This document shows positions 48,400-62,388 of a stretch of 64,000 nt of DNA, in pieces. Position numbers and translations under genes: made by a program. Each line of letters begins with the position of its first letter. The stretch's first letter is position 1. Where the stretch lies: NCBI RefSeq assembly GCF_006345805.1, contig NW_021832974.1, positions 1 to 64,000 of the forward strand. Reading direction: 5' to 3'. The notes under the pieces were generated by a model, which did no database searches, was not told the DNA's origin, and was given only the letters and a program-made list of their open reading frames with translations. The stretch comes from Octopus sinensis. Taxonomy: Eukaryota.

Positions 48400-49050
48400 T
48401 GCGAAAAGTGCTTTTCTTCGCAGTATGCCCTCTGTATTTCCTAATAGAGTGCCAAGTTTGTTTGTATGTCTCCATTTTTCTTCGTTTTGTTGTTTGCATC
48501 GCCTACTATTTATATTCTATTTTTAGCGTTAATTTTTATAAATGTTTTTCCAAATGTGTTGCCCAATTTATCCTTAATACCTCCTAATTGGTGGTCTGTT
48601 GTCGTGATCTATTACTCCTGGCGTCTCGTAGCGATTCCTCCAGATATGTGATGAACAAAATCGGGAGAGGGCGTTTCTTGGAGGGTGTCCTTGTTTGTTC
48701 CAAATACTCCGTATTTCTGTTTTCCCAACTAAATAAATCTTGCTCGGACGGGGTGTTAATATTTTTATCATCTTGACTCAGCTAATTGAGTCAAATGTGT
48801 TAGATAGGTCGATTCTCATTACTTTGTACTCTTCTTTATATTTTTGATATGATTCACAGATCCATTTGTGACTCTAAACGGCATTGGAATTCACTTTGGC
48901 TAGCTTTAATATATTTATGTAGTGAGTTTATTATTCTTTGCAGGGCAATTAGCGATAAGATTTTGCGCAGTGAGTTGAATAGTATGATTGGTCTTAAGCG
49001 GTTTAGCCTTTCTCTTTCCTTTCCCGTTTTATTTAGGATGTTCCTCTAAA
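48400..49050 (-). mobile_element. Degenerate RTE RT remnant
   Basis: LRPIILFNSLRKILSLI...SQSEF and PILFITYLEESLRD. Confidence 0.6.
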
Positions 49051-49059
49051 TAAACAAAA

Positions 49060-49380
49060 TTACGATTTGACAAATGATGTTTTGCTTGATTACAAAAAAT
49101 CTCCTTCTGCAAAGTGCATTCAGAGCATTATGCCCATAATGGTCTGTTTCATGGATTCCTTGAGCAATGATTTTCATTTCTTCTGTACTTGTTAAAGCTA
49201 CAATAAGTTTTTGGAGTCGATTAGTATATCGCAGATATAGCTTTTTGTCAATAAAAATGCAATTTTCAGCTTTCTTTTTTTAGTCGGAACTTTTTAATTA
49301 TCGAATTATCCACGTCTTGCGCTTCAAGGATGATTTTCAGTAAGTTGTACATCTTCAACAAACATCCGGGTGTGTGACAT
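49060..49380 (-). mobile_element. Third Ginger-like integrase remnant (N-terminal HHCC region)
   Basis: RLKKKAEN...EEMKIIAQGIHETDHYGHNALNALCRRRFF vs the same region of 11513-12830. Confidence 0.8.
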
Positions 49381-49979
49381 TAGGATAACGTAATTATTTT
49401 AGTGCCACCAAAGTGTCTCTTTTAGTGCTAACCCCAATTATAGTGTCAATAAGGTGAACTAAGTTCACTGATCAAACACAATGAAGGCAGAAGTACGTAT
49501 ATATTTGAGTCTTCACTTGCGCCAGGCACACAATTTTTTAAGATCATGAGAGAAGAAAAAAGTTAATTATTTTTAATTAATTCCGAGTTAGAAAGTCTAT
49601 GAATTACTTTTGTCTCATATTTTCTTTTTATTGACGTGTAGTTGAATAAGACTAGAAAGGGAGACATCCCAACCGGAGATCCATTCCATACGAGTCCGTA
49701 TGTGATGAGATGTCCATTTTTTAAAATTAATTGGGAATAATAGATATGAAAGAAATACCTAAATCACTTATTATTCAGCAAAATGACGAATTTTATTTTA
49801 TTAAGTCGCGAGCGCTGATATTGATCGAGCCCTGAAAGTGAACCATAAATCTCAATTTTCGTCAAAAATAAAAATAATCTATTACATCAAAGTTAACTAA
49901 AGTCAATTATTAACAATTAACAAATGCTAATTAACCCTTGCTGTCAATCTCTTTGTTGTCTTTGCGGCTCTCGTACTGA

Positions 49980-50600
49980 AAGCCCTGATGAACTTTTCAG
50001 CGGTGGAGTAGATGGCTTGAGGCCTGGTCATCTAAAAGACCTAACATCTCCCATTACCGCTGAAGCTAGACGAAGATTATTACGCTTTACTGTCCTTAAA
50101 AAAAACAACGGTGTGAGACCTATCGCCGTAGGAAATATTTTTCGGAGGCCCTCTGCTAAGATACTTTGTAATGCTATTGTTCCCTGTTTTTTTACAAAGT
50201 TTTTACCATCGCAAATTGCTGCAAGAAGACTGTTCATTTGATTCGGGAATTAATGGAATTTCTCGAGCCGTTTATCATAGTTAAACTGGACGTTTCGAAC
50301 GCCTTCAATTCTATCAGACGTAATCACTTACTAAAGTGTTACCGCGAAATGGTTCCTTTCGCATGCCCTCTCGTGCATCTGTCATAGACAACCCAAGAAT
50401 CCTTATGTTCCACGATGTTCCTATTTTCTCGTCGACCGGGGCCACCAGGGTAATCCCCTGGGCCCCGTGCTTTTCGTCTTGGACGTTAATTGTATCGCTT
50501 ACTTTGTTCTAACCCCTATTAACAATTTGTATTTAAATGACGCAACTATTTTTTGGTCCTCCCGATGCTGTTTTTGACAACCTCCGCCCTATTCTTCTGT
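49980..50600 (+). mobile_element. CRE-clade RT remnant
   Basis: SGGVDGLRPGHLKDL, KKNNGVRPIAVGNIFRR, KLDVSNAFNSI; frameshifts. Confidence 0.8.
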
Positions 50601-51369
50601 TTAATCACGGAGTTAAGAATCTTGCTTAGAAGATCTATTACCATAACAAATAGTAGGGACGATAATGAATCTCTCTGCAAATTTCCGTATTCCTTATTTA
50701 AGGAGTGATAAATAAATACTCATTCTTTCGTGGCCTGAAACCAGCACCTCTCTTTTTCTCAGTGGAAAAGGAGCTTCATTTATTTATTAAGATTCAATAT
50801 AATTTTTTTGATTTAAACCAAATCACCAATTACGAAATTTCTTTTTCGAATGTTTATAGATTAGATATAAACAGGAAGTAATTCCAAAGTATTTAATTGG
50901 AATCGATTAACTATGGTCAACTAAATTATCTAATTAAGTCCAGATCGTCAGTGATTTCCCTCCCTTCCTTGAAAGAAAAGTTTTCCACAAACTTCCTTTG
51001 CTTTTCCATTATTGTGTCAAGGTTTTTGTTCAGCTGTGTTTCTTCTCAGCATTGCACCTCTGACTTGATTGGCGACAAAGGCGTCTTTTTTGTCGTTTAC
51101 CTTAATTCCTTGTTTATGTTCAGTGAGCATACTCTCCTGCGTCCTCTTTAGCACAAACAATAGGAGGTAATTAAAACTAATTTAATTTGAGTTTATCGAT
51201 TTCTAGTTTAAAATTAATATATAAACGCATTTTAGAAACAACTTAGGATATGTTCTAAAATAAATTACTTTTTGAGGCGAGACATTGAATGACAGTGAAA
51301 AGATGGACAGAGTGAGGATGGATTGGACGATCTTTAAAACAGAAATACACAATATTAAAATATTTACCA

Positions 51370-51482
51370 AACAATTTTCAAAATTCATACATAACTTTAT
51401 ACATAAAAAACATAAAAACAATTTTCAAAATTCACACATAACTTTATACATAAAAAACATAAACATAAAAACAATTTTCAAT
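51370..51482. repeat. Short AT-rich tandem repeat
   Basis: CATAACTTTATACATAAAAAACATAAAAACAATTTTCAA occurs twice, with a further partial unit. Confidence 0.8.
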
Positions 51483-51853
51483 TTAACATCGGCAATATAA
51501 TGCCTTCCTCTAATGAAAATTAATTCAGGGATCAAAATTATGGAAAAATCTATCCCTTTGTCATTATAATGAGAAGTCGTCAGATAAAACTTCACGAAAC
51601 GTTGGGAACATGTAGTAGAACATGCATTAAATATGGAATCTTTCCTCCTCTTAAAAGCCGTACGAAATAGTTGTTTATAACTAAATAAACAAAATAAATT
51701 GTCCCACTCGTGTGTTTACTTTTCTATTTATGAACTTAATTGAGATTAATCGGTTCATGGATATTTAAGCGGAATAGCCCTTATTAATAAACCACTAATT
51801 TAATGAAAACAGAAAAAGAAGAAAAGTTAATGTCGACCCAACTCCTTATCAAC

Positions 51854-53441
51854 CTAGGAGGATGAGTGAGTGAGGAATACAAATTCACTGAGTTGTTTCA
51901 TGTCGATAAACTGGAACAGGGTCGACGGAAATAGATTCGAATAACCTGCGCATATCATCGTCGCCCAATGTTTGAATCTGTCCGAATTCTTGAGAAGATA
52001 AACAATTCTGTTCCTCATATCAAAGCCATGCTGCATCTGCATCTGAAAACGGTGGCGAGGGTCCATTTGGAGAGAATACTGAGCTGAGGAATGAGAAGAA
52101 GGACACACCCATATGCCGTGGCATGTCCATTCGGGGAGGGGGACGGTGGTCATAGCTAAACCGCTGGATGACATCGGGGGGCATCATGCGGGGAGGGGCG
52201 ACGACAGGGGAGACAGTCTAGAGTAAAGAGGGAGATTACAGTGGTGTCTGGTTTGGGGGCAGTGGGGGGTGGTCTGTCGGCTCGGTACTTGAAGAAGTCG
52301 ACGTACAACTTTTTGCCCTTTTTGGCGAACTTGTCAGTTCCGTGGAGTTGAGTGACGGCGTTGATGGCACTTTGGTGGTCGCGGAAGTTGATGTAGCCGA
52401 ATCCGCGGTGGACTCCGTTGTCCTTCTCGAACTGGGATGAGTGGAAGAGGGCACCTTGAAGTTGCGCAACTGGCCGAAAGCAGTGAAAAGGGCGACCAAC
52501 TGTTCGTCGGGGGTATCGCGGTCAAAGTTCTTGACGTACAAATGGTGGTGGAGGCGGGGTCCTTTTGGAGACTGCGGAGGTGGAGGTCGCGGACAGTTTG
52601 TTGAAGTGTGGAGTGACGCGGAGAGTGAACCCGGCGACCTCTTGGCCGTTAAGTTGTGCGACGGCCTAGGGTGGTGAGGAGGACTGACGTTCTGGGCGGA
52701 GGCCTCGTGGGTGAAGGCGACGAATGCATAGTGGTCGAACACCTGAATGTGGGAAGGGAGGCTACCCTCGTGCTCTGGATGTCTCCATAGGGGGAAAAGT
52801 GTTGGCGGAGAGTGCTGTCGTCCCACTCCCGGAAGCCCACCACCTTCACATTCAGATTGCGGTGTCTGTTTTCCCGTTTGGTGAATGGCTGACAACTCCT
52901 GGGAGTGAGGAATGAAGGGCACAGTTTGCAGTCCCCGATTCGGTGGTTGTCCATCGTCAGACAGGCCAACTTGGCGTCCTTTTCTGCCTCGAACTGGACA
53001 TAGCCGTACCCCAACGACTCCCCCTCTTTGTTGTGCGTTATCTACCACTCACTCTACACTCTTACTTTGAACGACACGATCGGCCCGAACAGAGAAAACA
53101 GTTCTCCGAACGAACTCGACTCCAAGTACTTCGGCAGTCCTTTCACGAACACGTTTCCCGCATTCCAGTCCTCCATTTTACTGTACGGACGTGCCCACAT
53201 CACTCGGATCGGCATCCCGTTTATTTTGTGGTGGTTGTACCGCCCTATTGCCATGTCCCCCCGCCTCCGTGCTGTTGTAGATCGCAAATGCGTATTTCGT
53301 GTTGTGCTTCTTCTTTGAATACCTCACCTTCACTTCCACAAATCCATCGATCATCTTTAGTCTACTTTCCAGCTCATTTGATGACACATTTATGTCTATA
53401 TCCCCTATGTACAACGTGTACGACTGACGAGGCACAGCCAT
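51854..53441 (-). CDS. PABPC: Polyadenylate-binding protein-like, four RRMs
   Basis: TLYIGDID; GNVFVKGL...SLGYGYVQFE; HYAFVAF; LYVKNFD...HRGFGYINF; five 22-24 nt introns; two probable homopolymer frameshifts (about 53260 and 52565). Confidence 0.8.
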
Positions 53442-56400
53442 GCTACACACGCCTATTCTATTTTTTTAAATTATTGCATAATTATATTCTATTTATTTAT
53501 TACTATTCCCTCTTTCATTCACTATAATTTATATTGTACAAAAAACATACGCTAGGAAAGTCACTAGGCTGGCCTATTATTATTTATTATACAGTACAAT
53601 TGGGCTGCCTCGAGTGTGATTGCATTGCATATGTCATAACTTGAGAAATTATGTCATTTTAGTCACAATTTTCCTGGAAGCATTTCGCCAATTTTCCTTC
53701 CGATATTAAGCTTTGCGGTTTACTCAAATGTGCGATTATCATGACTGCGAAATAGTGTTTATCCATCACACTCTGTTGTAGTCTATACATGCAAATCATT
53801 ATAACATGAGCGTGACAGTAGTGACTAAAGTGTTGGAATATCGATCAAACAAGTATAATTCTTCGTGGCAATTGGTTTAATTTGTTGGCCCGATCTTTGG
53901 TCGGGAAAAAACAATCTTTTCCTTTAAAGGAGCAAAGTCGTTTGTTTGAGGTGCGCTAGCTGACAACACGTTTGTGGATTATTTTCTAGAATTTCCTAAT
54001 TTTTTTATTTATGTTCCAATCAACATTGAGACCGGTGCCTTGTCAGTAGTTTTGCCAATCCAGATCTTTTGGAGCACAGATCTTTAAGAAAACAAATGGT
54101 TGTTCTATAAATTTTATTTTCGTTTCCTGAGGTAATTGTAGATTATCATTTTCTCGAGATACGTCAATATTTCTAAATATGGCCAATTCTATACTGTCTA
54201 TTTTCAAGATTTGGTTTATTGTTCAAACATCGTACACCGTTAGAAAACAATTGTCATTAAATGCACTGTTCAAAGAAGACTGTGCATACAAATAAAACTA
54301 AGAGAAAAATGAACAATAAATATAAAGAACCTCATTTGAAACAGACTTCGAGGCGGGATAGAACGTTTGATAATAAACCTCTCAGGATTTTAGACAATTA
54401 CGGCTGCAAAAATTAAAAATTGATAATCTTATTTTTTGTAAATTGTTTGAAAGTAAAAAAATTGCAACTACTTTTAACTGTACAAATCTTGAACCATAAT
54501 GGATAATTAAAGAATTTTGAACAAAACAAGAACTCAAATTAGAAATCCTCACGTGCGAAAAAAATTAATGCACTCGGAATGGAATGCAATTCTTTTTAAA
54601 AGTTTTTTTGAAAAAAATGATGAATATGGAAAACTCTTTTTTGTAGTAATTCTTCTAAAAAAGTTGATTCTTTATTAATAGGGAGGTTTTAAAAATCCTT
54701 ATGTTACAGAAATTTTAATTCAGAGGATGTCTTTCATGAAAATAAATGCTACTCAAATATCAAATTACTTTTGTATTAAAAATACAACACCAACTCTTCA
54801 ACCGCTAGAAAAAAGAAAAATAAAAAGACGACTATCAAATAAGTTGTAAAATTTTATGGATACGGAAATCACGATAATTGGCAAGAATGTGCTACCAATA
54901 AAGAAATTTTAATTCTAAAGATGGATCTAATTACTTTATTATAATATGTCGCGAACTACGATGCCGATCATAAATAATGTTCGTTTTTAATTAAATGTCA
55001 AACCATGTAGGTCACGCCGGAGTCTCCTTGAAGAGGAGTATCTTGCCTATGAGAAGTGTGTTAGGAAATTTGAAATACCATCCCCCTTTTGGACGTTGAT
55101 TAAGAATTCGAGACAAGGAAGAAATAAAAGGAGACGCACTGACACCGGGATCACTTAATTAGACGATTACTATTCCTTTGTTCCCGGGGTTAAATAATAA
55201 TAATGTAGGTCACGCTGTCAACTATGTAGGTCACCTTGGTCGCCAGCGTGGGGCGCGACATAATATATAGTCATACTAAAGCTCCTAACAACATATAGTT
55301 AATCAGGTATAGAAATGGACCTATGAATGTAGAAAAGCGTGAATAATCGGACACCACAACACAATTGAATTGTTATTAAAAGACAAAATATAAAATGAGC
55401 AGACTATCACTTCTTGGACTGAAATGACCAAACACGTCCAACCTTACAAGAATATTCAAAACAAATTAGTGGAAGGAACCCCGTGAAATGACACCCATAA
55501 GGAGTGCTTGCATCCAAGTCCCCGCATAAGGTGACTTCATCGACGGATGACAGTCTAAAGAAATTTGGATTCTTTTCAGATCCTTGAAAACTTTTTATAA
55601 AGAACCTTGTAATGAAATAAAGAATTAAGTTAACGGTGAACTATAATCGGAGATGTGAAACTAAATGCAATCATTCAAAATAAAAGAAGTTGATCAATGG
55701 CTACGAAATGTGGGACTACATTTTGTCATATAATTGGTCTCTCTGCCCTATTGCAATTTCCCCGTAGACACTTTCCTGAACAAACTACATACAAATTCCA
55801 TTTTATCAGGCAGTTTCCTAACTTCCGACTTGGGCGCAACCAAATTTGATTAATCTAAAAGATGAGATGTATCTTAATCACCATTGGATATGCCCCGGTC
55901 AATCGATATGCAATTCATGTTAATAAATGGCTCTAAAAACGACCGGTGGGGACGACCTGGCTCTTTCAGTGAATTTCGGTCTACGTGCTCCGCGGAAACT
56001 GGCATTCAATGGGCAGTGCGGCGTAGTTGAGCTGACCGTTTAGCTCTCGAATACTTTTTCAGCCATCTAACCTTGCGATTATTGTTAATAGCTTTGATGC
56101 CTACTCGTCTTGCTTAATTTACTTAGATTTACTTATTCTATGCTTTGACATGTCACTGATATGAGTTAATCTTTCCAGTTTCCAAATCAAGTCGAGTCGA
56201 CACAAACAGAAATAAATAGCAAAAAAAAATAGCAAAATTAAAGACGAGATAAAACGCCCTTTAGGACACGAAAAAAATATGCTGTTGGACAGCTCGACTG
56301 AGCACATCCACCCCGCCTAATGTTCCAAAGTGCAATGGTCGACTAGACAGAGGCACAACCGCCTAATTGATCACGGCTGAGCACAACCAAGTAAGTGCTA

Positions 56401-57017
56401 CCCATTCTTCGCACGTCTCAATTTAATTAAAGTTTTTATCAAAAATCATGTTTCAGATTTATATGCTTATAATTCTAAAATGTACTTATTCAGCATATTT
56501 TAACTAATTAATTAACATAAAGCAATATTAGAAACAATCCAAATTATTATATTCTTGGAAAAGAGAATTGAAAACTAGGATAATGTATGTTATTTGATGC
56601 CTATTAATATCGAGTAGATTTTTTTTTCCGAAGGAGGACAGTTTTCATCCTGGGGCTAATTCTCGTTATCGTTCCCCTGCCCGTGAGGCAACGAGTACTT
56701 CTGGCACGACACAGTTGGAAATGGGGATCTCTTACCTTCCGGGCTTAGCGTGGCGTTACGGGGTCCACCATGTCAGTTGGAAATTCCTTCGGATATGGCA
56801 ACGCTCAGGAGGCACTTAATGCCTTCCGAAAAAGGACTCTTAGCTTCTCAGACCCTGGTACATCGTCGTCTCAGGCCGATCTTGCGGGAAGGATTGAACC
56901 TTTCAGAAGGATCTCCCTCGTGGATCGGCGATCACGGGATTAACTATAATTAACTGGCTTGCCCGTATTGGTCTTTAAATAATAATAATAATCTGTCTAA
57001 CTTAGGATGGTCTACAG

Positions 57018-57414
57018 CAGCGGTTCTCAAATGCGGCCCCCAGGATTTTTTTTGCGGCCCGTCTAGAGTAACTAACTTTTTTAATTTTTTAATAATGTTA
57101 AAATTTAATTATTCATTCTTAAGGTTAAAATATCCATAATTGGTGATTTCATTAATCAATTTGAAGCACGTTTGGGGTACATTTATATAAATTTAATTTT
57201 TAGAATTTTAAAGAATTCCTTCCTTTAATGAAAATATTCGTAACTCCATTCAGCGTGGAAATTAAGGATGCGCCTGCAAAGTTTTAACATACATGCGAAT
57301 CAATATTTAGTAAAATGGAAAATATAAAAATATATAAAATATTTTTTGTGCGGCCCGCGAAGCTAATCTTATTTATCGATTTGGCCCTTGAGCTAAAAAG
57401 GTTGAGAACCCCTG
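57018..57414. mobile_element. hAT MITE (duplicate of 18386-18784)
   Basis: Same TIRs and GTCTACAG TSD. Confidence 0.92.
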
Positions 57415-60337
57415 GTCTACAGTAATTGATTTTTGATATAAAACTATAATTTGTACCTATGATGACTAACGATGGTCTACTTATGATAATGATGACCTAT
57501 AATCGTACTGAAACTATTACGTTCGAGCATTTTTAATTATTGCTCTTTTAATAATTTAAACATTTTACTTTCTAAAAACCAAGTTAATGCTAAGTTACTA
57601 ATTGTTGTTAATTATCTTTTTAAGGCTTTAAAATGCGCCTTCATAACATCACTATCTTTAACAAAAATTGTTAGAAAATTTGGCAACAGTCCCCGTAGGC
57701 ATGGTTAAACTTTTCCAGACACAGTTTTTGGACGACGAATTTCTACAAATCCGAGTCTTCCGTGACCTTCTTTTTTTGACCTAACCCAGTACAGACCGAC
57801 GTGGAATTGGAATTGGACGTTCTGCATTAGTTCATAGTCGTTCTGTAAACGAACCCTTTAACCTTCAATGTTAAATTAATATTTCAATCGATGCACTTTT
57901 ATCTTTATTCAGTCATTTATAATAAGGAGAATTTAAGTGCATTACAGTATTTTTCTCAATAGTTTTGTAACTCGGAATTCCTCTAACACTTGCAAAAAAA
58001 TAAAAGCAAAAATCTACCAGTAGATGAGTGAGGCGTTTGATTGTCTAAAAAACAGTCTTTCGAATCTGTTTTATCCACTCTTTCTTGAAATTCGAAGCCG
58101 AATGTGCTCTTCAACTAGTAAAGTATACAGTGTAATTTACAGGTTTTATAAGGAACTAAAAGTCAATGACTCGAGGTTGGATGACAATTATTCTCGGATT
58201 ATTTCGCAACTTTGTTCGATAAATTTATTACCCAAAAGACGATTTTTTGATTAAAGTCTATTGTTCATAGTCATGAAAATTATTAGTGTGTTGCTAAATA
58301 GACTGATGAATACAAAATTCAGTAATTTACTCATTTTTCAGTTCCGCAATCAACGACTATAACTAGTTTCTTGTCTTCTCCAATATTTGAGAGAGGGCTG
58401 ATGAAGGATAATGTCTTCGAATTCTCCCATCGATAGTCACATTGGACTCTTCCAACTAAGGAACTGCATATCAATCCTAAAGTTAACCTAGATAACGGCC
58501 AAGTGACATCAAGCAACCGATTTGCAGCAAGACCTCCGCACTCTGGAGATCTGCTTTGATACACAGGAATGAAGACAAGCTACTCTACCAATTTTCCTTA
58601 AAGGGATCGGTCTGGCCACCCCATCTGACTCATCGCGGATATTTCTGTTCTTTCTCAATACAATGAACTGATTGCTTTGCCGTTTGGAGAAAACTGGGAC
58701 TCCTCATTCCATCTGTCAATTTTAATAAACATGACTAATCCATGCCAAAGCATACAAAAAATTAAGTGAACGCAGGACCAAGGAAAACTGGCCATCTTAA
58801 GAATGAATAGTCAGTCTTGAGCCCTGTGAAACAACGGGCTGCCTGTTGAACCACGAATCAATGAAATTTGCTTACGTTTTGGTCTACCCGTTTCGGCTAT
58901 GCAGCGGCTTACGGAGCTATGAGATTGGCTAGCACTCCTCCTCATGTCTTAACGTGATTGGACGCTTCACAAACTGAGAAAGACATGCCTCACCCCAATG
59001 ATGTGAGGACCAAAGTTTGTCTTTGTAACCATTGGAGAAACCCATACTCCTCTACAACTCGGGAGCATCGGCTTGACATGACAGGATTACAAAAAATGGA
59101 CTCTTTTTACAGAGATCAGGTATGACTAATCTTGTCATAAAGCATGTTGTCGCCCGCAACGCGGCTCGGAATATCGAGAAATGGAGAAAGTTGTTAAAAT
59201 AACTGCATACGCTTTGACTTTGTGCAGCGCCAATAATAATTCCAGAACATTCTGGATCCCGATTTCTATAAAGATCCTGCAGTGTGTTTTGCAAAATTTT
59301 GAAAAACTAAACAAGTATCAACTCACCAACTCCTTTTCCGAAAGTCTTAAAATACAAATTATCTGGGATGTACTAAAAATGCCATGTGTCAATATCGTCG
59401 ACACTGCATATTCATTTATTGCATAAGATAAGTCCGCCGACTTTGTGTTAGAAAGCATATTTTTTTAACATTATTTAGTCCATAATTGAATAAATTACTC
59501 CTGCACATACAAGCACACACAGATAACGTACTCCCTCTAAAGTTTAATAAGGATCTAACATTCTATTAAATTTATTGGCGTTGTAAAAAGTGTTAAAAGA
59601 TTAATCGATGGGAGGGCCAGCGGCCTGACGGATCGCCAAACTGTTTCCCCGCACATTTGTTGCTGACTTTTTGGATTTATCTCCAAGCCAACAAATATTT
59701 GTGAATAACTTATTCCCTGAATCAAACCATCTTTCTCATTCTCCACATATTTGTATTTCTTTATCTCCTTCCTCCAATATTCTGGGTTTAGATTTAGTCC
59801 ATTGCTGACTGTCACGTGACAATCCCCGCAAGAAAACAAAGATCTAAATATTTTTGACAGCGATTGCTCTTATTCTACAACTGGAGGACTTGTTCTCACG
59901 AAAACAATTTTCCAGGTCTAGTTGGAGCTCTGCACTAACCCGCCTTCGTTTTGTGGATGTGGTGTCTGGTAAGAGCATCCAACCAATAGGAAGCCGGATG
60001 TTAGTGGCAATAGTGGTTAATGATAATCCCCGTCAAACCAATCAGTGATCAAAGGTCTTAACGTCAAACTAGTGAATGAAAGGTCGCCTATTGATAAGGC
60101 TGCGTGATCACGACTATTGATTGTACTATTGCACCTGCAAAAAATGAGTCCTTGAATGGTTTGATGCGTGTCAAAAATAGTTCGGTCGCGGTCGGCTCCT
60201 GTCGACTTATAAGTCATAGCCGTCAAGTTGTGGCACGAAATGTCGAATCAGAACAACTCGCAGGTTGGTATTGCTATGCTTTGAAATGTCACTGATATGA
60301 GTTAATCTTTCCAGTTTCCAAATCAAGTCGAGTCGAG

Positions 60338-60860
60338 CAAGTATGGCACGTGAGTAACCCCTTAGATTGCACGGAACGGAGGCTTCCCCTGAATGTGAAA
60401 ATGTGTGGCCTTATTATTGCAGTGAGCAACACTCGGAAACCTCGAAAGAAGCGAGGAATGTTTCCGAAGGACGTCATCCTCAAGCTGAGGACGTGGCTGT
60501 GTGCGCACATGGAGGTGAGTATTGGCTGCCACGGTCGTAGCATCCCTACCCGACGGAGGACGAGAAGCGCGAGTTGTCTGAGCAAACAAAGCTCACAATT
60601 CTGCAAGTGAACAATTGGTATTGTGCCCCACTCAACTCAGGTTCATCAACGCCCGACGACGGGAGTTGCCTCGAATGGTGAAGGGGGCAGTCCCCCCAAC
60701 CTATCCTGTCTACCCTGCCCCCAGTCGTCCTGCCGAATCATTCGAGTACCATCAGTTCGTGGTCCCCTCAGTGCTTCCCTCGATACCCCATCCGTACTTC
60801 CTGGGGTACCCTGAACCCCCTAGTCAGTGGAATTGTTATGACTCGTTTTTATATCGATAA
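60338..60860 (+). CDS. TALE homeodomain protein, copy 2
   Basis: Same exon/intron structure as 21709-22231; P-to-S and D-to-N changes in the C-terminal tail. Confidence 0.9.
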
Positions 60861-61073
60861 TATTAGTGTTAGTACTACATTCGAGATATAGTCTTGACTA
60901 GAATTTTAATATTCCCCCCACCCGCCTCACGACTGCCCTGTCTCGCCTCGATTTGGTCCCTGAGTGGGATGATGTCGTCGGGAATGGTGTGGAGGAGGAA
61001 GGGGGTGTGAGGGCGTGGGATGTGAGGGGGGGAAGTGGGTGTCTCGAGGGGGACTAGAGAGTGAGTCAGTTAA

Positions 61074-61868
61074 TCAACCAAAGTTGGTGACATGTTCGAC
61101 GCACTCACTCGAAATAGTCAATTTCCTGTCAAAGAAGTACTGATAGGCACACTCGTCCACCACCAGCAGACTCACACTCCCTTCCCTCCCTTTTATCAGC
61201 TCGACCACCTCCTCGTGCTCCATCTTCTCCACATTCACGTCGTTCACCTGCACCACAATGTCCCCCTCCCGCACACCCGCGTCAGCCGCCGGAGAATTGG
61301 CAATGACGTTGGCGATGAGGTGCTTGTCCTCGTTCATCACCAATGTGAACCCGAAAGTGCCACCCTCCTTCGCCCTCACTTCGCAATCTCGGGCTGAATA
61401 CTCGGGGACTCCTTCCAATATCTCCTCCCGCTCTTCCACTATTACTTCTTCATTCTCCTTCACTATTCCATCATCCAAACACTCTGATTCGGGCACTCTC
61501 ACTCCCTCGGGAACACCCTCAGGCACTCGTTCTAATCCCTCCTCACATTGTTGCACTACTACTTCCTCGGATGTCCCCTCACCCTCGGGCACTCTCTCCA
61601 GCACTCCTCCACCTTCTCTTCGCAATATTTTTAGGCGCAGCTTCTTTTTGGATTTTTTGATTTTGGAGAGGGCTTTTTTGTAGGACAACTTGTTGATGTC
61701 ATATTTATCAATCATCAGCACTTTGTCCCCTTCCTGCAGTCCTGACATTTCCGCCGGACTTTGAGGGACGATGTTCGAGATGCGTTGACTCTTTGTTTCC
61801 TCGTCCTCAATCAGCCCAAACCCGAACCCCTCCTTGCACGCATCCAAGTTGAGTAAAATCTCCGTCAT
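61074..61868 (-). CDS. NHERF-like two-PDZ protein, copy 2
   Basis: Translation identical to 22445-23239. Confidence 0.85.
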   Translation of the reverse strand: MTEILLNLDACKEGFGFGLIEDEETKSQRISNIVPQSPAEMSGLQEGDKVLMIDKYDINKLSYKKALSKIKKSKKKLRLKILRREGGGVLERVPEGEGTSEEVVVQQCEEGLERVPEGVPEGVRVPESECLDDGIVKENEEVIVEEREEILEGVPEYSARDCEVRAKEGGTFGFTLVMNEDKHLIANVIANSPAADAGVREGDIVVQVNDVNVEKMEHEEVVELIKGREGSVSLLVVDECAYQYFFDRKLTISSECVEHVTNFG

Positions 61869-62388
61869 TGGTTGCTACCCGACAATGTTCGCTCAGAATG
61901 TATTTTATTGTATTCCGGCACACCGCCCAACATGTTTGTTTGTAGTTACACAAATATAATTAATAATTATCCTTATTCCGACACACCTTCTGACTCCCAC
62001 TAATCGGGTTCGTGGATTGTGCGTCTCCTTGGAAGCAAACAAGTCTTCTTTTCAGTCAACACTCTCTTCTTTATGCCAGTTGACTACATTTCCGGCTATA
62101 GTGAATTTTTAGGGCATTGGAGAACGGAATAGCTGTTTATTAGAATTTTGATATTTGGTCTCGTTCCATTATGTAAATATTAGGGTACTTGGTGTCCAGA
62201 GAGCATACTTTGTTGTGGAGAGAACCAGGTTGGAGTGGATCCTCTGCATAGAAGAAAGGGGAGTCTGAACAAAACAGGAATAACAATAAAATAGATTGAA
62301 TATTAGTTAATAATAAATGAGGACTGATTAGCATTATTCTTGGTACGGGAAATAACACAAATAAATTGCGGTCGAGACGCAGTGGAGG

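Noticed and set aside
55200-55260. LTR start/PBS-like motif (TGTAGGTCAC repeats, TGGTCGCCAGCGTGGGGC)
   Set aside because: Imperfect match to a tRNA PBS; no second LTR and no gag/pol downstream.
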